Source: Butyrivibrio sp. (GTDB taxonomy: Bacteria; Bacillota; Clostridia; Lachnospirales; Lachnospiraceae). Taken from it: a stretch of 64,000 bases of DNA. The notes beneath the pieces are model-generated. The model saw nothing but the letters and a program-made list of their open reading frames with translations, was not told the origin of the DNA and did not search any database. The stretch is from positions 24,045 to 88,044 of the forward strand of contig NZ_JAGBLU010000100.1 in the NCBI RefSeq assembly GCF_017635265.1. The letters run 5' to 3'. A program made the position numbers and the translations under genes. How positions within the stretch are numbered: the stretch's first letter is position 1; every line of letters starts with the position of its first letter. Positions 32,077-41,273 of this stretch are shown here, one piece after another.

Positions 32077-33367
32077 TATTCTTGATTATGGAGCTGTAGC
32101 TGACGGAAAAACAAAATGTACATCTGCGATTCAGAAGGCGATTGATGCCTGCGCCGAAAAAGGCGGAAGAGTTGTGGTGCCGGCAGGAACATTTTTATCA
32201 GGTACCCTTCGCCTCAGGTCCAATGTTGATCTGCATTTAGAGCATGGAGCAGTTCTTTTGTCCAGTCTTGATGAAGCGGATGTTATCGATTATTTCAAGG
32301 ATGGCGACGAGGACAATGAGGTTGACGGCTGGGAAGGCGGTTGCTTTTTATTTGCTCTCCATGAAAAGAATATTGCCATAACCGGAACGGGAACAATTGA
32401 TGGTCAGGGCAGGAATGCTTTTTTTGACGATGATGATCCTGAGACTGCTAAAAATGGTAGTCCTTTAAATGTCAGAGGTTTCAGACCGCGAATGAGCTAT
32501 CTGGAGGATGTTGAGAATTTATCCGTTACAGATGTAACTTTTTTTGACTCCGCTTTCTGGACGCTTCACATGGCAGGGTGCAGAAATGTAAGGATTGAGA
32601 ACATCGTAATTGATAACAACAAAAGAGGCCCCAATAATGACGGAATTGATCCGGATTGCTGCCAGAATGTGATTATCAAGGGATGCAGGATTAAAACAGG
32701 TGACGACAGTATTGTTTTGAAATCCACAACTCCCATGTATAAAAAGTATGGTGATTGTAAGGATATTGTGGTTAACGGATGTCTTTTGTCCTCCAATTGT
32801 TCGGGAATAAAGATTGGAACGGAGACCTTTGGAGATATTCATGACATAATCATCTCTGACTGTATAGTTCGTGACTGCATCAGAGGCATTGGCATTTGGT
32901 CAAGGGATGGCGGCGAGATTTATAACATAGATATCCATCATGTTCGCGGTACCACCAGAAACTTTGTGGATTGCAAAAACAGAAAAAGCGGCGTCTGGAA
33001 CTGGTGGGGCGAGGGAGAGCCTTTGGCGATTACTGCAACAAAGAGGGATTCGGAGCACAAAACGCCGGGTAAAGTCAGGGATATAAATATGGATCATATT
33101 AATATTACCTGTGAGTCACCGATAATCATGGCAGGAGAAGAGTATTCACCCATTGAAAATATCAGCATCACTGAGTCTAAATTTGTTTTCAAGAATCAAA
33201 GTGGCAAGACAGAGCTTATTCTTGATGAGCGGCCATCTGACAGAGGGCGCTATTCTATGAAAATGGGATATACTTATTTTAGAAATGCAAAAGATATAAC
33301 GATAGATGCTGAATTTGTCGTTGATAAGAGCATGGAAAAGCTTATAGATCAAGATAATGAGGCATAA
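32066..33367 (+). CDS. Glycoside hydrolase family 28 (polygalacturonase-like)
   Basis: YGAVADGKT...IQKAIDAC; GTIDGQG; PNNDGIDP; TGDDSIVLKS; GIKIGTE. Confidence 0.9.
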   Translation: MTYNILDYGAVADGKTKCTSAIQKAIDACAEKGGRVVVPAGTFLSGTLRLRSNVDLHLEHGAVLLSSLDEADVIDYFKDGDEDNEVDGWEGGCFLFALHEKNIAITGTGTIDGQGRNAFFDDDDPETAKNGSPLNVRGFRPRMSYLEDVENLSVTDVTFFDSAFWTLHMAGCRNVRIENIVIDNNKRGPNNDGIDPDCCQNVIIKGCRIKTGDDSIVLKSTTPMYKKYGDCKDIVVNGCLLSSNCSGIKIGTETFGDIHDIIISDCIVRDCIRGIGIWSRDGGEIYNIDIHHVRGTTRNFVDCKNRKSGVWNWWGEGEPLAITATKRDSEHKTPGKVRDINMDHINITCESPIIMAGEEYSPIENISITESKFVFKNQSGKTELILDERPSDRGRYSMKMGYTYFRNAKDITIDAEFVVDKSMEKLIDQDNEA

Positions 33368-33406
33368 GTGCACATTATTATGGTAAAATAATATTCAGTC
33401 AATACA

Positions 33407-33445
33407 GCCAGTGGAGGCGTGGGGCTTCCGCTGGCTTTTTCTTTT
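33407..33445 (+). terminator. Intrinsic terminator
   Basis: AGCCAGTGGAGGC...GCTTCCGCTGGCT followed by TTTTCTTTT. Confidence 0.75.
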
Positions 33446-33537
33446 AGAAAGTAGGTGGGTGCGCTTGCATAATTGTATTATATATGCGATAAAAGAAATA
33501 GTATTGATTGATATTACGAAAAAGGAGTAAAAATGTT

Positions 33538-35688
33538 ATGAAAAGAAAACAGATTTTGGCAGCTCTTTTGACAGGATGCTTGTTACTTGCCGGGTGCGGA
33601 ACTGCAGCTGATAGTGCGGTGACTGAAACTCCTGCCGAGGGTGAAAGTAAGGAAGAGGTGGCTGCAGATGCATCATCAGATGCTTCGAGCACTGAGTCTT
33701 CTGAAGAGACAGTGCAGGCTGAAGGCACATCTTATGTTATTGATGGGGGAAGTCCATGGATAAACTCCAACATCAAAGAAAATGTTGTTAACAGTGATAA
33801 GGCTTCTGCAAAAGATGATCTGAATCTTGCGGTTAACTATGACTGGGCAATCACAGCAGAAATACCGGATGGATACAGTTCTTATGACAGCTTCACTGAA
33901 GTATCTCAGATAATTGATGATAAGGCACTTGAAACCTTGAAGGATGAGACAATTACCGGCCATGATGCTGAACTTGCAAGAGCATATTATAATGCTTTTC
34001 TTGATTGGGATGACCGAAATGCAAAAGGGCTTTCACCATTGGAGCCATTTGTTAAAGATATTGAATCTCTTTCAAGCATAGAAGATGTAACAGAATTCAT
34101 ATTGGATAATGACAGGTCAAACTTTACCCCTACTTTGGTTGGAATTGGAAACGTGGGTGATTTGACAGATTCATCAAGGTATGTGACAAATGTGGATCAT
34201 TCAAACCTTCTACTGGGCGATTCTGCGGAGTATAAAGAGTTTAGCACAGTTGGAAAGCTAAAGTATGATGCCTACAAGAGCCTGTTTTCCAATATGATGA
34301 CAAGGCTGGGATATACTAACGAAGAGGCTGATAAGTATTACGATGCATGCTTTTCTTTTGAGTCAGCTCTTTCTGAGAAAGTATATACTTCACTGGAAAG
34401 CAGCGATCCTGCAATCTATGACAAGATACTTAACTATTATGAGCCTGAGGAAATGGCAGCTTTGGCTCCTAATTTCCCAATGGATGAATTTATAAAGGAA
34501 AATGGCTACGACAATGCGAAGGTATTTCTTGTAACAGAGCCGGATGCTTTAGCGAAGATTTCAGATCTTTATACATCGGACAACCTTGAGAACATCAAGG
34601 GATATTTCATGGTTCAGACGGTTTTGGGATGTACAACTGACCTTGACAGAGAGGCATTCGATGCAAGACTTGAGGCACAGCGTTCTATATATGGTGCATC
34701 AGGTACTCTTTCTGATGAAAAATATGCATATGCATATGTAAATGCAGCATTGCCTGAAGCTATGGAAAAGGCATATATGGCAAAGTATGATGTCACTGAG
34801 ACAAAAAAAGAAGTGACGCAGTTATGCAAAGATGTAGCGGATGTTTATAGGGAAATGCTCGAAAACGAGGACTGGCTTTCTGACGAGACAAGAGAATATG
34901 CAATGGGAAAACTTGACTCATTGGAAATCAATGTGGTTGAGCCAAAAGAATACGTGGATTACAGTGGCCTTGATTTAAATGGTCTTACTTATTTTGAAAT
35001 ACAGAAAGCACTTGCTGATTTTAGTTGGGAGCTTGATAAAGAACGAACAAACGGAACTGTAAATAAGAATCTCTGGGAAGGTATGTCAACACTTGAAACT
35101 AATGCTTACTATGACCCAACGGCCAATTCTATTAACATTCTTCTTGGAATACTTGATGGAGTTTTTTATGGCGATGAAAAGTCAAAAGAGGAGATATATG
35201 CAGGAATCGGAGCTGTTATTGGACATGAGATAAGTCATGCTTTTGATACAAACGGAGCTCAGTTTGACAAGGATGGTAATTACAGCAATTGGTGGACTGA
35301 TGAAGATTACAGTGCCTTCCAGGAAAGAGCGCAGAAACTTATAAACTACTACGATGGAATAACAGTATTTGGCGATGAAAAAGTTACCGGTTCTCTGGTA
35401 CAGACTGAAGCAATTGCAGACATGGCAGGCCTTAAAGCAATGCTTACACTGGCATCCAAGGAAGAAAGCTTTGACTATAAAAAGTTCTTTGAGAGCTATG
35501 CTAATGTGTGGAAGAATATTTCTACTTATGAATCTATTTATTCACAGCTCACTCAGGATGTGCATCCATTAGATTATTTAAGAGTAAATGTAACTTCTCA
35601 GCAGTTTGATGAATTCTATGAAGCGTTCGACGTAAAAGAAGGCGATGGAATGTACCTTGCTCCTGAAGAGAGAATACTCATATGGTAA
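33538..35688 (+). CDS. M13-family (neprilysin/PepO-like) zinc metalloendopeptidase lipoprotein
   Basis: Lipobox LAGC; NAYY; HEISH; EAIAD; C-terminal MYLAPEERILIW. Confidence 0.92.
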   Translation: MKRKQILAALLTGCLLLAGCGTAADSAVTETPAEGESKEEVAADASSDASSTESSEETVQAEGTSYVIDGGSPWINSNIKENVVNSDKASAKDDLNLAVNYDWAITAEIPDGYSSYDSFTEVSQIIDDKALETLKDETITGHDAELARAYYNAFLDWDDRNAKGLSPLEPFVKDIESLSSIEDVTEFILDNDRSNFTPTLVGIGNVGDLTDSSRYVTNVDHSNLLLGDSAEYKEFSTVGKLKYDAYKSLFSNMMTRLGYTNEEADKYYDACFSFESALSEKVYTSLESSDPAIYDKILNYYEPEEMAALAPNFPMDEFIKENGYDNAKVFLVTEPDALAKISDLYTSDNLENIKGYFMVQTVLGCTTDLDREAFDARLEAQRSIYGASGTLSDEKYAYAYVNAALPEAMEKAYMAKYDVTETKKEVTQLCKDVADVYREMLENEDWLSDETREYAMGKLDSLEINVVEPKEYVDYSGLDLNGLTYFEIQKALADFSWELDKERTNGTVNKNLWEGMSTLETNAYYDPTANSINILLGILDGVFYGDEKSKEEIYAGIGAVIGHEISHAFDTNGAQFDKDGNYSNWWTDEDYSAFQERAQKLINYYDGITVFGDEKVTGSLVQTEAIADMAGLKAMLTLASKEESFDYKKFFESYANVWKNISTYESIYSQLTQDVHPLDYLRVNVTSQQFDEFYEAFDVKEGDGMYLAPEERILIW

Positions 35689-35756
35689 GAAGTTTCCCAC
35701 TTGCAGTAATCTACTATTCTACGATAAAAATAATTTCTTTTTGTGCAGTAAATAGA

Positions 35757-35948
35757 AAAATCCAATTGTGCCCATAGCTTTGGATAGAGCGATTTAGTAT
35801 GAGCAATAGAGACAGTTAATAAATAATAAGAGCCTCATTTCCTGTTTTGAATAAGCATGAAAGGAAATGAGGCGAATTATTTTGAATTTACTGTCTCTTT
35901 GTGAATACTCCCGAGCTCTAGACAAAGCTATGGGCACAATTGGATTTT
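35757..35948. repeat. 192-bp long palindrome / MITE-like element with perfect 26-bp terminal inverted repeats
   Basis: AAAATCCAATTGTGCCCATAGCTTTG (35757-35782) / CAAAGCTATGGGCACAATTGGATTTT (35923-35948). Inner arms AGAGACAGT/ACTGTCTCT and GCCTCATTTCCT/AGGAAATGAGGC. Confidence 0.88.
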
Positions 35949-35975
35949 ATTTTGGCGGTCACAAGAAAGTATGCT

Positions 35976-37202
35976 TTACAGTGCTTTGATGCGGTTAATG
36001 GCCTCTACTGTGTTTTCATAACTGCCAAAAGCAGTAAGCCTGAAATAATGTTCTCCGCTTGGACCAAAGCCTGAACCCGGGGTACCAACTACATTTGCCT
36101 TTTCAAGGAGGTAATCAAAGAATTCCCAGCTTGTCATGTTATCAGGAGTCCTGAGCCAGATGTAAGGGGAATTTTTGCCTCCATATACTGTGTAGCCTGC
36201 TTCTTTGAGACCGTCATATATGTATTTTGCATTTTTCATATATGATGCAATCATCTCTTTTACCTGAACCTTGCCTTCAGGAGAGTAGATGGCTTCTCCG
36301 GCGCGCTGAACAATATACGGTGCTCCGTTGTACTTGGTTCCGTGCCTTCTTGCCCATAGGCTGTGCATTTCTACTTCTTTTCCGTTGAAAGAAACCTTAA
36401 GGTCATGAGGAATGATAGCAGCTCCCAGTCTAAGACCTGTGAAACCGGCATTCTTGGAAAAAGATCTGAGCTCAATGGCACAGGTTCTGGCGCCTTCACA
36501 TTCATAGATTGAATGAGGGATGTTATCCTCTGAGATATATGCTTCATAAGCAGCATCAAAGATAATGACAGCGCCTGATTTATTGGCATAATCAACCCAT
36601 TTTTGAAGCTGATCCTTTGTGATGGCTTCTCCTGTGGGATTGTTTGGAAAACAAAGATAGATCAGGTCAGGTGTTTCACTTGGAAGTTCAGGAGCAAAGC
36701 CGTTCTCTGCTGTACATGGCATGTAAATCACATTGCTCCACATTCCTGTATTTTCATCATAGTCACCGCATCTTCCGGCCATTACATTTGAGTCAACATA
36801 AACAGGGTAAACAGGGTCACAGACAGCAATTTTGGCGTCCTTTGAAAAGATTTCCTGAATTGCTCCTGAATCGCTCTTTGCTCCGTCTGATATAAAGACT
36901 TCATCATCTGCAACATCGCAGCCTCTTGCTCTGAAATCATTTTCAGCAACTGCGTGGCGAAGAAATTCATATCCAAGGTCAGGGGCATATCCTCTAAAGG
37001 TTGCTGCATCTGCCTGCTCATCAACAGCTTTATGAAGTGCCTCTATAACTGCTTTGGGCAGAGGCTTTGTGACATCACCAATTCCGAGGCGTATGATCTT
37101 TTTATCAGGATTTTTTTCCTGAAAAGCGGCAACTTTTTTGGCAATAGTACTAAAAAGGTAGCTGCCGGGAAGTTTTAAATAATCTTCATTTGGCTTAAAC
37201 AT
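35976..37202 (-). CDS. dapL: LL-diaminopimelate aminotransferase
   Basis: SYLF; IIRLGIGDVT; SDGAKSD; DPVYPVYVD; CFPNNPTG; SFSKNAGFTGLRLG; TPGSGFGPSGEHYFRLTAF. Divergent from dapF. Confidence 0.95.
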   Translation of the reverse strand: MFKPNEDYLKLPGSYLFSTIAKKVAAFQEKNPDKKIIRLGIGDVTKPLPKAVIEALHKAVDEQADAATFRGYAPDLGYEFLRHAVAENDFRARGCDVADDEVFISDGAKSDSGAIQEIFSKDAKIAVCDPVYPVYVDSNVMAGRCGDYDENTGMWSNVIYMPCTAENGFAPELPSETPDLIYLCFPNNPTGEAITKDQLQKWVDYANKSGAVIIFDAAYEAYISEDNIPHSIYECEGARTCAIELRSFSKNAGFTGLRLGAAIIPHDLKVSFNGKEVEMHSLWARRHGTKYNGAPYIVQRAGEAIYSPEGKVQVKEMIASYMKNAKYIYDGLKEAGYTVYGGKNSPYIWLRTPDNMTSWEFFDYLLEKANVVGTPGSGFGPSGEHYFRLTAFGSYENTVEAINRIKAL

Positions 37203-37454
37203 AGTGTGTTCTCCTGTCCAACTGTGCTATGTAAATGGATTATGGTCGTGCACAATTTAATTTGTGAATATCCTACACTATTTTTGTATAATTGTATACA
37301 TTTTTCTTGTAAATGTTTTTGAGGTCTATTATGATAAAGGCATGAATCTTAACTAAGAACGTACCGATTTTAGTGGAAAGGAGGAAAGCAATTAATCGTT
37401 ACTTTTAATAACTGAAAAGTAATGACTTATCGCTTTAATTGCTTAATAGATAAT

Positions 37455-38315
37455 ATGAAATTTACAAAAATGCATGGCTGTGGAAATGATTATGTTTACG
37501 TTGATGGAAAAAGTGAGAAAATTTCTCAGGAAAAGAAATCAGAGCTTGCTGTAAAAGTTTCTGACAGACATTTTGGAATAGGATCGGATGGGCTGATTTT
37601 TATCAATCCTGTTGAAGATGCGAGTGTTGATTTTGAAATGGAAATGTACAACGCAGACGGCTCACGCTCAGAAATGTGCGGAAACGGTATCAGGTGCGTT
37701 GCCAAATACGTTTATGATAAAGGGCTAACAACAAAAAAGAATCTCACAATTGTAAGCGCCGGAAAGAAAAAGTTCATAGACCTTACTGTTGGAGATGATG
37801 GAATGGTATCTTCCGTGAAGGTTGATATGGGAGAACCGATTCTTACTCCTAAAGATATTCCTGTGAAAGCTTCAGGGGATATAGTGATTAATCAACCGAT
37901 TACTGTAGATGGCAAAATATGGCACATGACCTGTGTTTCAATGGGTAACCCTCATGCGGTAGTTTTTTTACCTGAGGATATGAGCCTTGAGGATTTTGAT
38001 ATTGAGAAGATCGGGCCAAAGTTTGAAAACCATGAGTTCTTCCCAAGGCGCGTAAATACAGAATTTGTAAAGATTGATGATAAAAACAACGTTCACATGC
38101 GCGTGTGGGAAAGAGGAACAGGTGAGACTCTTGCCTGCGGAACGGGGTGTTGTGCAACCGGTGTTGCCTGCGTTTTGAATAAGCTTACTGATAATGACGT
38201 GACAGTTCATGTCCTTGGCGGTGAAGTGAAAGTTTCCTGGAATGGTGAGCTTACATCACCTGTAATCATGGAAGGTCCTGCAACTACTGTATTTGAGGGT
38301 GAGATTGATCTGTGA
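37455..38315 (+). CDS. dapF: Diaminopimelate epimerase
   Basis: MKFTKMHGCGNDY; NADGSRSEMCGNG; MGNPHAV; RVWERGTGETLACGTG. Confidence 0.96.
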   Translation: MKFTKMHGCGNDYVYVDGKSEKISQEKKSELAVKVSDRHFGIGSDGLIFINPVEDASVDFEMEMYNADGSRSEMCGNGIRCVAKYVYDKGLTTKKNLTIVSAGKKKFIDLTVGDDGMVSSVKVDMGEPILTPKDIPVKASGDIVINQPITVDGKIWHMTCVSMGNPHAVVFLPEDMSLEDFDIEKIGPKFENHEFFPRRVNTEFVKIDDKNNVHMRVWERGTGETLACGTGCCATGVACVLNKLTDNDVTVHVLGGEVKVSWNGELTSPVIMEGPATTVFEGEIDL

Positions 38316-38454
38316 GCGAATTAGTATTTACACAGAACAGGAAGGACTGATAACAAATTGATTGCCAGTTTTGGATTGTTATGGTAGACTATGCTTTATT
38401 GTGGTAGAGTAATAAAGTATTAACTATTAGTAATAAAGCGACGGAGGATTTAAT

Positions 38455-39504
38455 ATGTCTTGGGAAGAAAATGTCAGAAAAGTTGTTCCGTATACCCCCG
38501 GAGAACAGCCTAAAATAAGCAACATTATCAAATTAAACACAAATGAATGCCCTTATCCGCCGGCGCCCTCTGTAAAGAGAGCTTTGGATAATTTTGAATA
38601 TGAATCTTTAAGGCTTTACCCGGATCCCAATTCAGGGCTTTTGATAAATGCGTTGTCAGAATATTACAATATGCCTTCTGATCAGATATTTGTAGGCGTT
38701 GGTTCTGATGATGTTCTTTCGATGGCTTTTTTGACATTTTTTAATTCTGATAAGCCGGTTCTTTTCCCGGATATCACCTATTCTTTTTATGATGTATGGG
38801 CAGATCTTTATAAGATTCCCTATAAGCAGGTTCTGCTTGATGAGGATTTCAGGATCAAAAGAGAAGATTATTACGTCGAAAACGGAGGGGTGATATTCCC
38901 TAATCCAAACGCACCCACAGGGCTTATTGAAGACCTTGATATGATAGAAGATATTCTAAAAAATAACAGAGATGTTGTTGTGATTGTGGATGAGGCATAC
39001 ATAGATTTTGGTGGGAAAAGTGCGCTGCCTCTTATAGACAGGTATGATAATCTCCTTGTTGTGCAGACATTTTCAAAATCAAGAGCAATGGCCGGTATGA
39101 GAATTGGTTTTGCCTTCGGCTCTAAAAAATTGATAAAATATTTAAATGATGCGAAGTTTTCCTTTAATTCATACACTATGAACAGGACTTCTCTTGAGCT
39201 TGGGGCTGCAACGCTTGCTGATGATAAATATTTCAAAGATGTATGCGGAAAGATAATTGCGACAAGAGAAAGAATCAAGCCGCAGTTAGCTGAACTTGGC
39301 TTTATTTTCCCGGATTCTTCAAGTAATTTTATTTTTGCAAGGCATAAAAACGTTTCAGGAAAAAAGATATTTGATGAACTTCGAAAGCGGGGAATAATCG
39401 TCAGAAGATGGGATTTGCCTCGCATTAGCGAATATCTAAGGATTACTGTCGGTACCGATGAGCAGATGGATACGTTGATAGAGAGCTTACGGGAAATTGT
39501 CTGA
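38455..39504 (+). CDS. hisC: Histidinol-phosphate aminotransferase
   Basis: YTPGEQ; KLNTNE; YPDP; GSDD; PNPNAPTG; VDEAY; TFSKSRAMAGMRIG. Confidence 0.92.
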   Translation: MSWEENVRKVVPYTPGEQPKISNIIKLNTNECPYPPAPSVKRALDNFEYESLRLYPDPNSGLLINALSEYYNMPSDQIFVGVGSDDVLSMAFLTFFNSDKPVLFPDITYSFYDVWADLYKIPYKQVLLDEDFRIKREDYYVENGGVIFPNPNAPTGLIEDLDMIEDILKNNRDVVVIVDEAYIDFGGKSALPLIDRYDNLLVVQTFSKSRAMAGMRIGFAFGSKKLIKYLNDAKFSFNSYTMNRTSLELGAATLADDKYFKDVCGKIIATRERIKPQLAELGFIFPDSSSNFIFARHKNVSGKKIFDELRKRGIIVRRWDLPRISEYLRITVGTDEQMDTLIESLREIV

Positions 39505-39549
39505 AGGTATTTAATAGAGAGCTTATGGGAAATTGTCTAAAGGTCTTTA
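39478..39549 (+). repeat. 36-bp tandem duplication of the hisC 3' end
   Basis: ATAGAGAGCTTACGGGAAATTGTCTGAAGGTATTTA followed directly by ATAGAGAGCTTATGGGAAATTGTCTAAAGGTCTTTA (3 mismatches). Confidence 0.85.
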
Positions 39550-39555
39550 AAGGTA

Positions 39556-40371
39556 TTATAGTAAATACTGTTTTATCATTTGACTGGCTTTGGCCGGATA
39601 AAATGGGTTTTGTTTGTCTTCGTAAGTGGCAAGGAAATTGATACCTGGGATGTAACCTGCCTTGACATACCTGTTAATTTTATATAGGTAATTGTTATCA
39701 AGATACTTTATGTCATCCATTTTGCCAAAGTGCTCCCATATATATTTTTTCCCCGTCCGTTTGTTTTTGGTTGTGAAATCCGGATAAAATATGTCATTTC
39801 CGATGATGAGTTTTTCTTCATACCGGTATTGGATGCCATATCTATAGAGTTCATCAGCAATCATGGATTCAGACTTGGAACGAACCAAATCACCTTTCGG
39901 TGTTTCTATTATCAGTTTTTCAGGATGATTAGAGCTTTTTTCATAATCTGATTGAGCCCATTCTTTATCGGGGGAATCGGAGAAAATGGCAGTTGTGTCT
40001 GTGACATTGATCATATTGGGTGACTGATTCAATATGATTTTTTTGAGAGAGGGATGGTTTCGCAGCAAATCATCAGGATCCGTGGGACTTCTCCTTAAAT
40101 ACAGGTCAAGAGCATGGATTTCTTTTTGATAGGATTCTATCTTTTGATCATAATATCTCTTCTGAAGAAGTTTTTGTATCAGCTCTTTTTCTTTCACCGG
40201 AATGTAAGTGCGTTCCGTGTCAGTAATTATATAAAATTTATATGTGTTGCCATTTTTGCTGAAGGAGATTTTTCCTTTTGGAAAAGAGTTCCTGTCATAG
40301 TTCTTTTTCATAGAATTAAGCTGTTCTTCGAGTCTATGCTTCTCGTGTTGCATAATTTCTTTTATTACCAT
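39556..40371 (-). CDS. Uncharacterised protein with a C-terminal PD-(D/E)XK / Vsr-DUF559-like endonuclease domain
   Basis: AAGGA RBS; N-terminal coiled coil and basic beta-rich segment; VRSKSESMIADEL...YRYEEKL...FYPDFT...YIWEHFG. Confidence 0.7.
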   Translation of the reverse strand: MVIKEIMQHEKHRLEEQLNSMKKNYDRNSFPKGKISFSKNGNTYKFYIITDTERTYIPVKEKELIQKLLQKRYYDQKIESYQKEIHALDLYLRRSPTDPDDLLRNHPSLKKIILNQSPNMINVTDTTAIFSDSPDKEWAQSDYEKSSNHPEKLIIETPKGDLVRSKSESMIADELYRYGIQYRYEEKLIIGNDIFYPDFTTKNKRTGKKYIWEHFGKMDDIKYLDNNYLYKINRYVKAGYIPGINFLATYEDKQNPFYPAKASQMIKQYLL

Positions 40372-40508
40372 ATTTGTTTCCTTATCTTATTTTTTGAAAT
40401 CCGACATGAATATGTCAAAAGAAATATAAGATTTTCAAGATTTCGAAACAAAAGTTAACATGTTTTTTGAGAAATGTAAATAGCTTTTTTGAATAATACA
40501 TGTTTCTT

Positions 40509-40908
40509 GGGTACAGAAACAAAAACTAAACTTTTTACCCGCTGCAAGGAAAATGGAAAGGGTAAAGAAATCAAAAATCAATGATTTACCCGAGCAAATA
40601 AATGTACTTAGGGTAAATAAATAATTTCTTGATATATTACCCAAGAAAACTTAGTGAGAATGGAAAGAGTTCGGGTAAAAAGAGCATTTATTGTTTATTT
40701 ACCCGAAGTGATGGAAAGAGCTTGGGTAAAAAGAGCATTTATTGTTTATTTACCCGAGGTGATGGAAAGAGCTCGGGTAAAAAGAGCATTTATTGTTTAT
40801 TTACCCGAGGTGATGGAAAGAGCTTGGGTAAAAAGAGTATTTATTTTATATTTACCCAAGGCAATGAATAAAGGCCGGGTAAAAAGGTAGTTTAGTGAAT
40901 ACTTACCT
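40509..40908. repeat. Array of 8 units, 51-bp period, each GGGTAAA-N18-TTTACCC-N19
   Basis: GGGTA at 40509, 40560, 40611, 40673, 40724, 40775, 40826, 40877. TACC(C/T) at 40536, 40587, 40638, 40700, 40751, 40802, 40853, 40904. One 11-bp insertion between units 3 and 4. Confidence 0.9.
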
Positions 40909-41053
40909 TGATCACAACATTCAGAAATGCAAAAATGTTTTTTATATTTGCCTGTAGGTAAAACTGCATACAATATTATGAAACAAAGCTGTACATAATA
41001 CATGATTGCGATTAATACAGTTTAATGATAAAATTTTTGAGTTGCTGACTGAA

Positions 41054-41273
41054 AACAATTGCCTGTCAAATGAATGAGTAGGCAATTACTGTTCAAATGA
41101 ATGAGTAGACAATTGCCTGCCAAATGAAAGAGTAGGCAATTGCTGTTCAAATGAATGAGTAGACAATTGCCGGTCAAATGAATGAATAAACAATTGCCGG
41201 TCAAATGAATGAGTAGACAATTGTTTGTCACATGAATGAAAACAATTGTCAATCATATGAGTAGTAAAATTGT
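41054..41273. repeat. 27-bp tandem repeat array (about 7 full units plus degenerate copies)
   Basis: CAATT at 41056, 41083, 41110, 41137, 41164, 41191, 41218, then 41243. Consensus about CAATTGCCKGTCAAATGAATGAGTAGR. Confidence 0.9.

Noticed and set aside
37203-37454. Lysine riboswitch between dapL and dapF
   Set aside because: No recognisable L-box consensus on either strand. The spacer is AT-rich and must hold two divergent promoters.
40509-41273. Calling the two arrays CRISPR
   Set aside because: There is no 23-47-bp constant repeat with unique 30-40-bp spacers. The constant parts are only 7-10 bp (first array) or the whole unit (second array), several units are identical, and the window has no cas genes.
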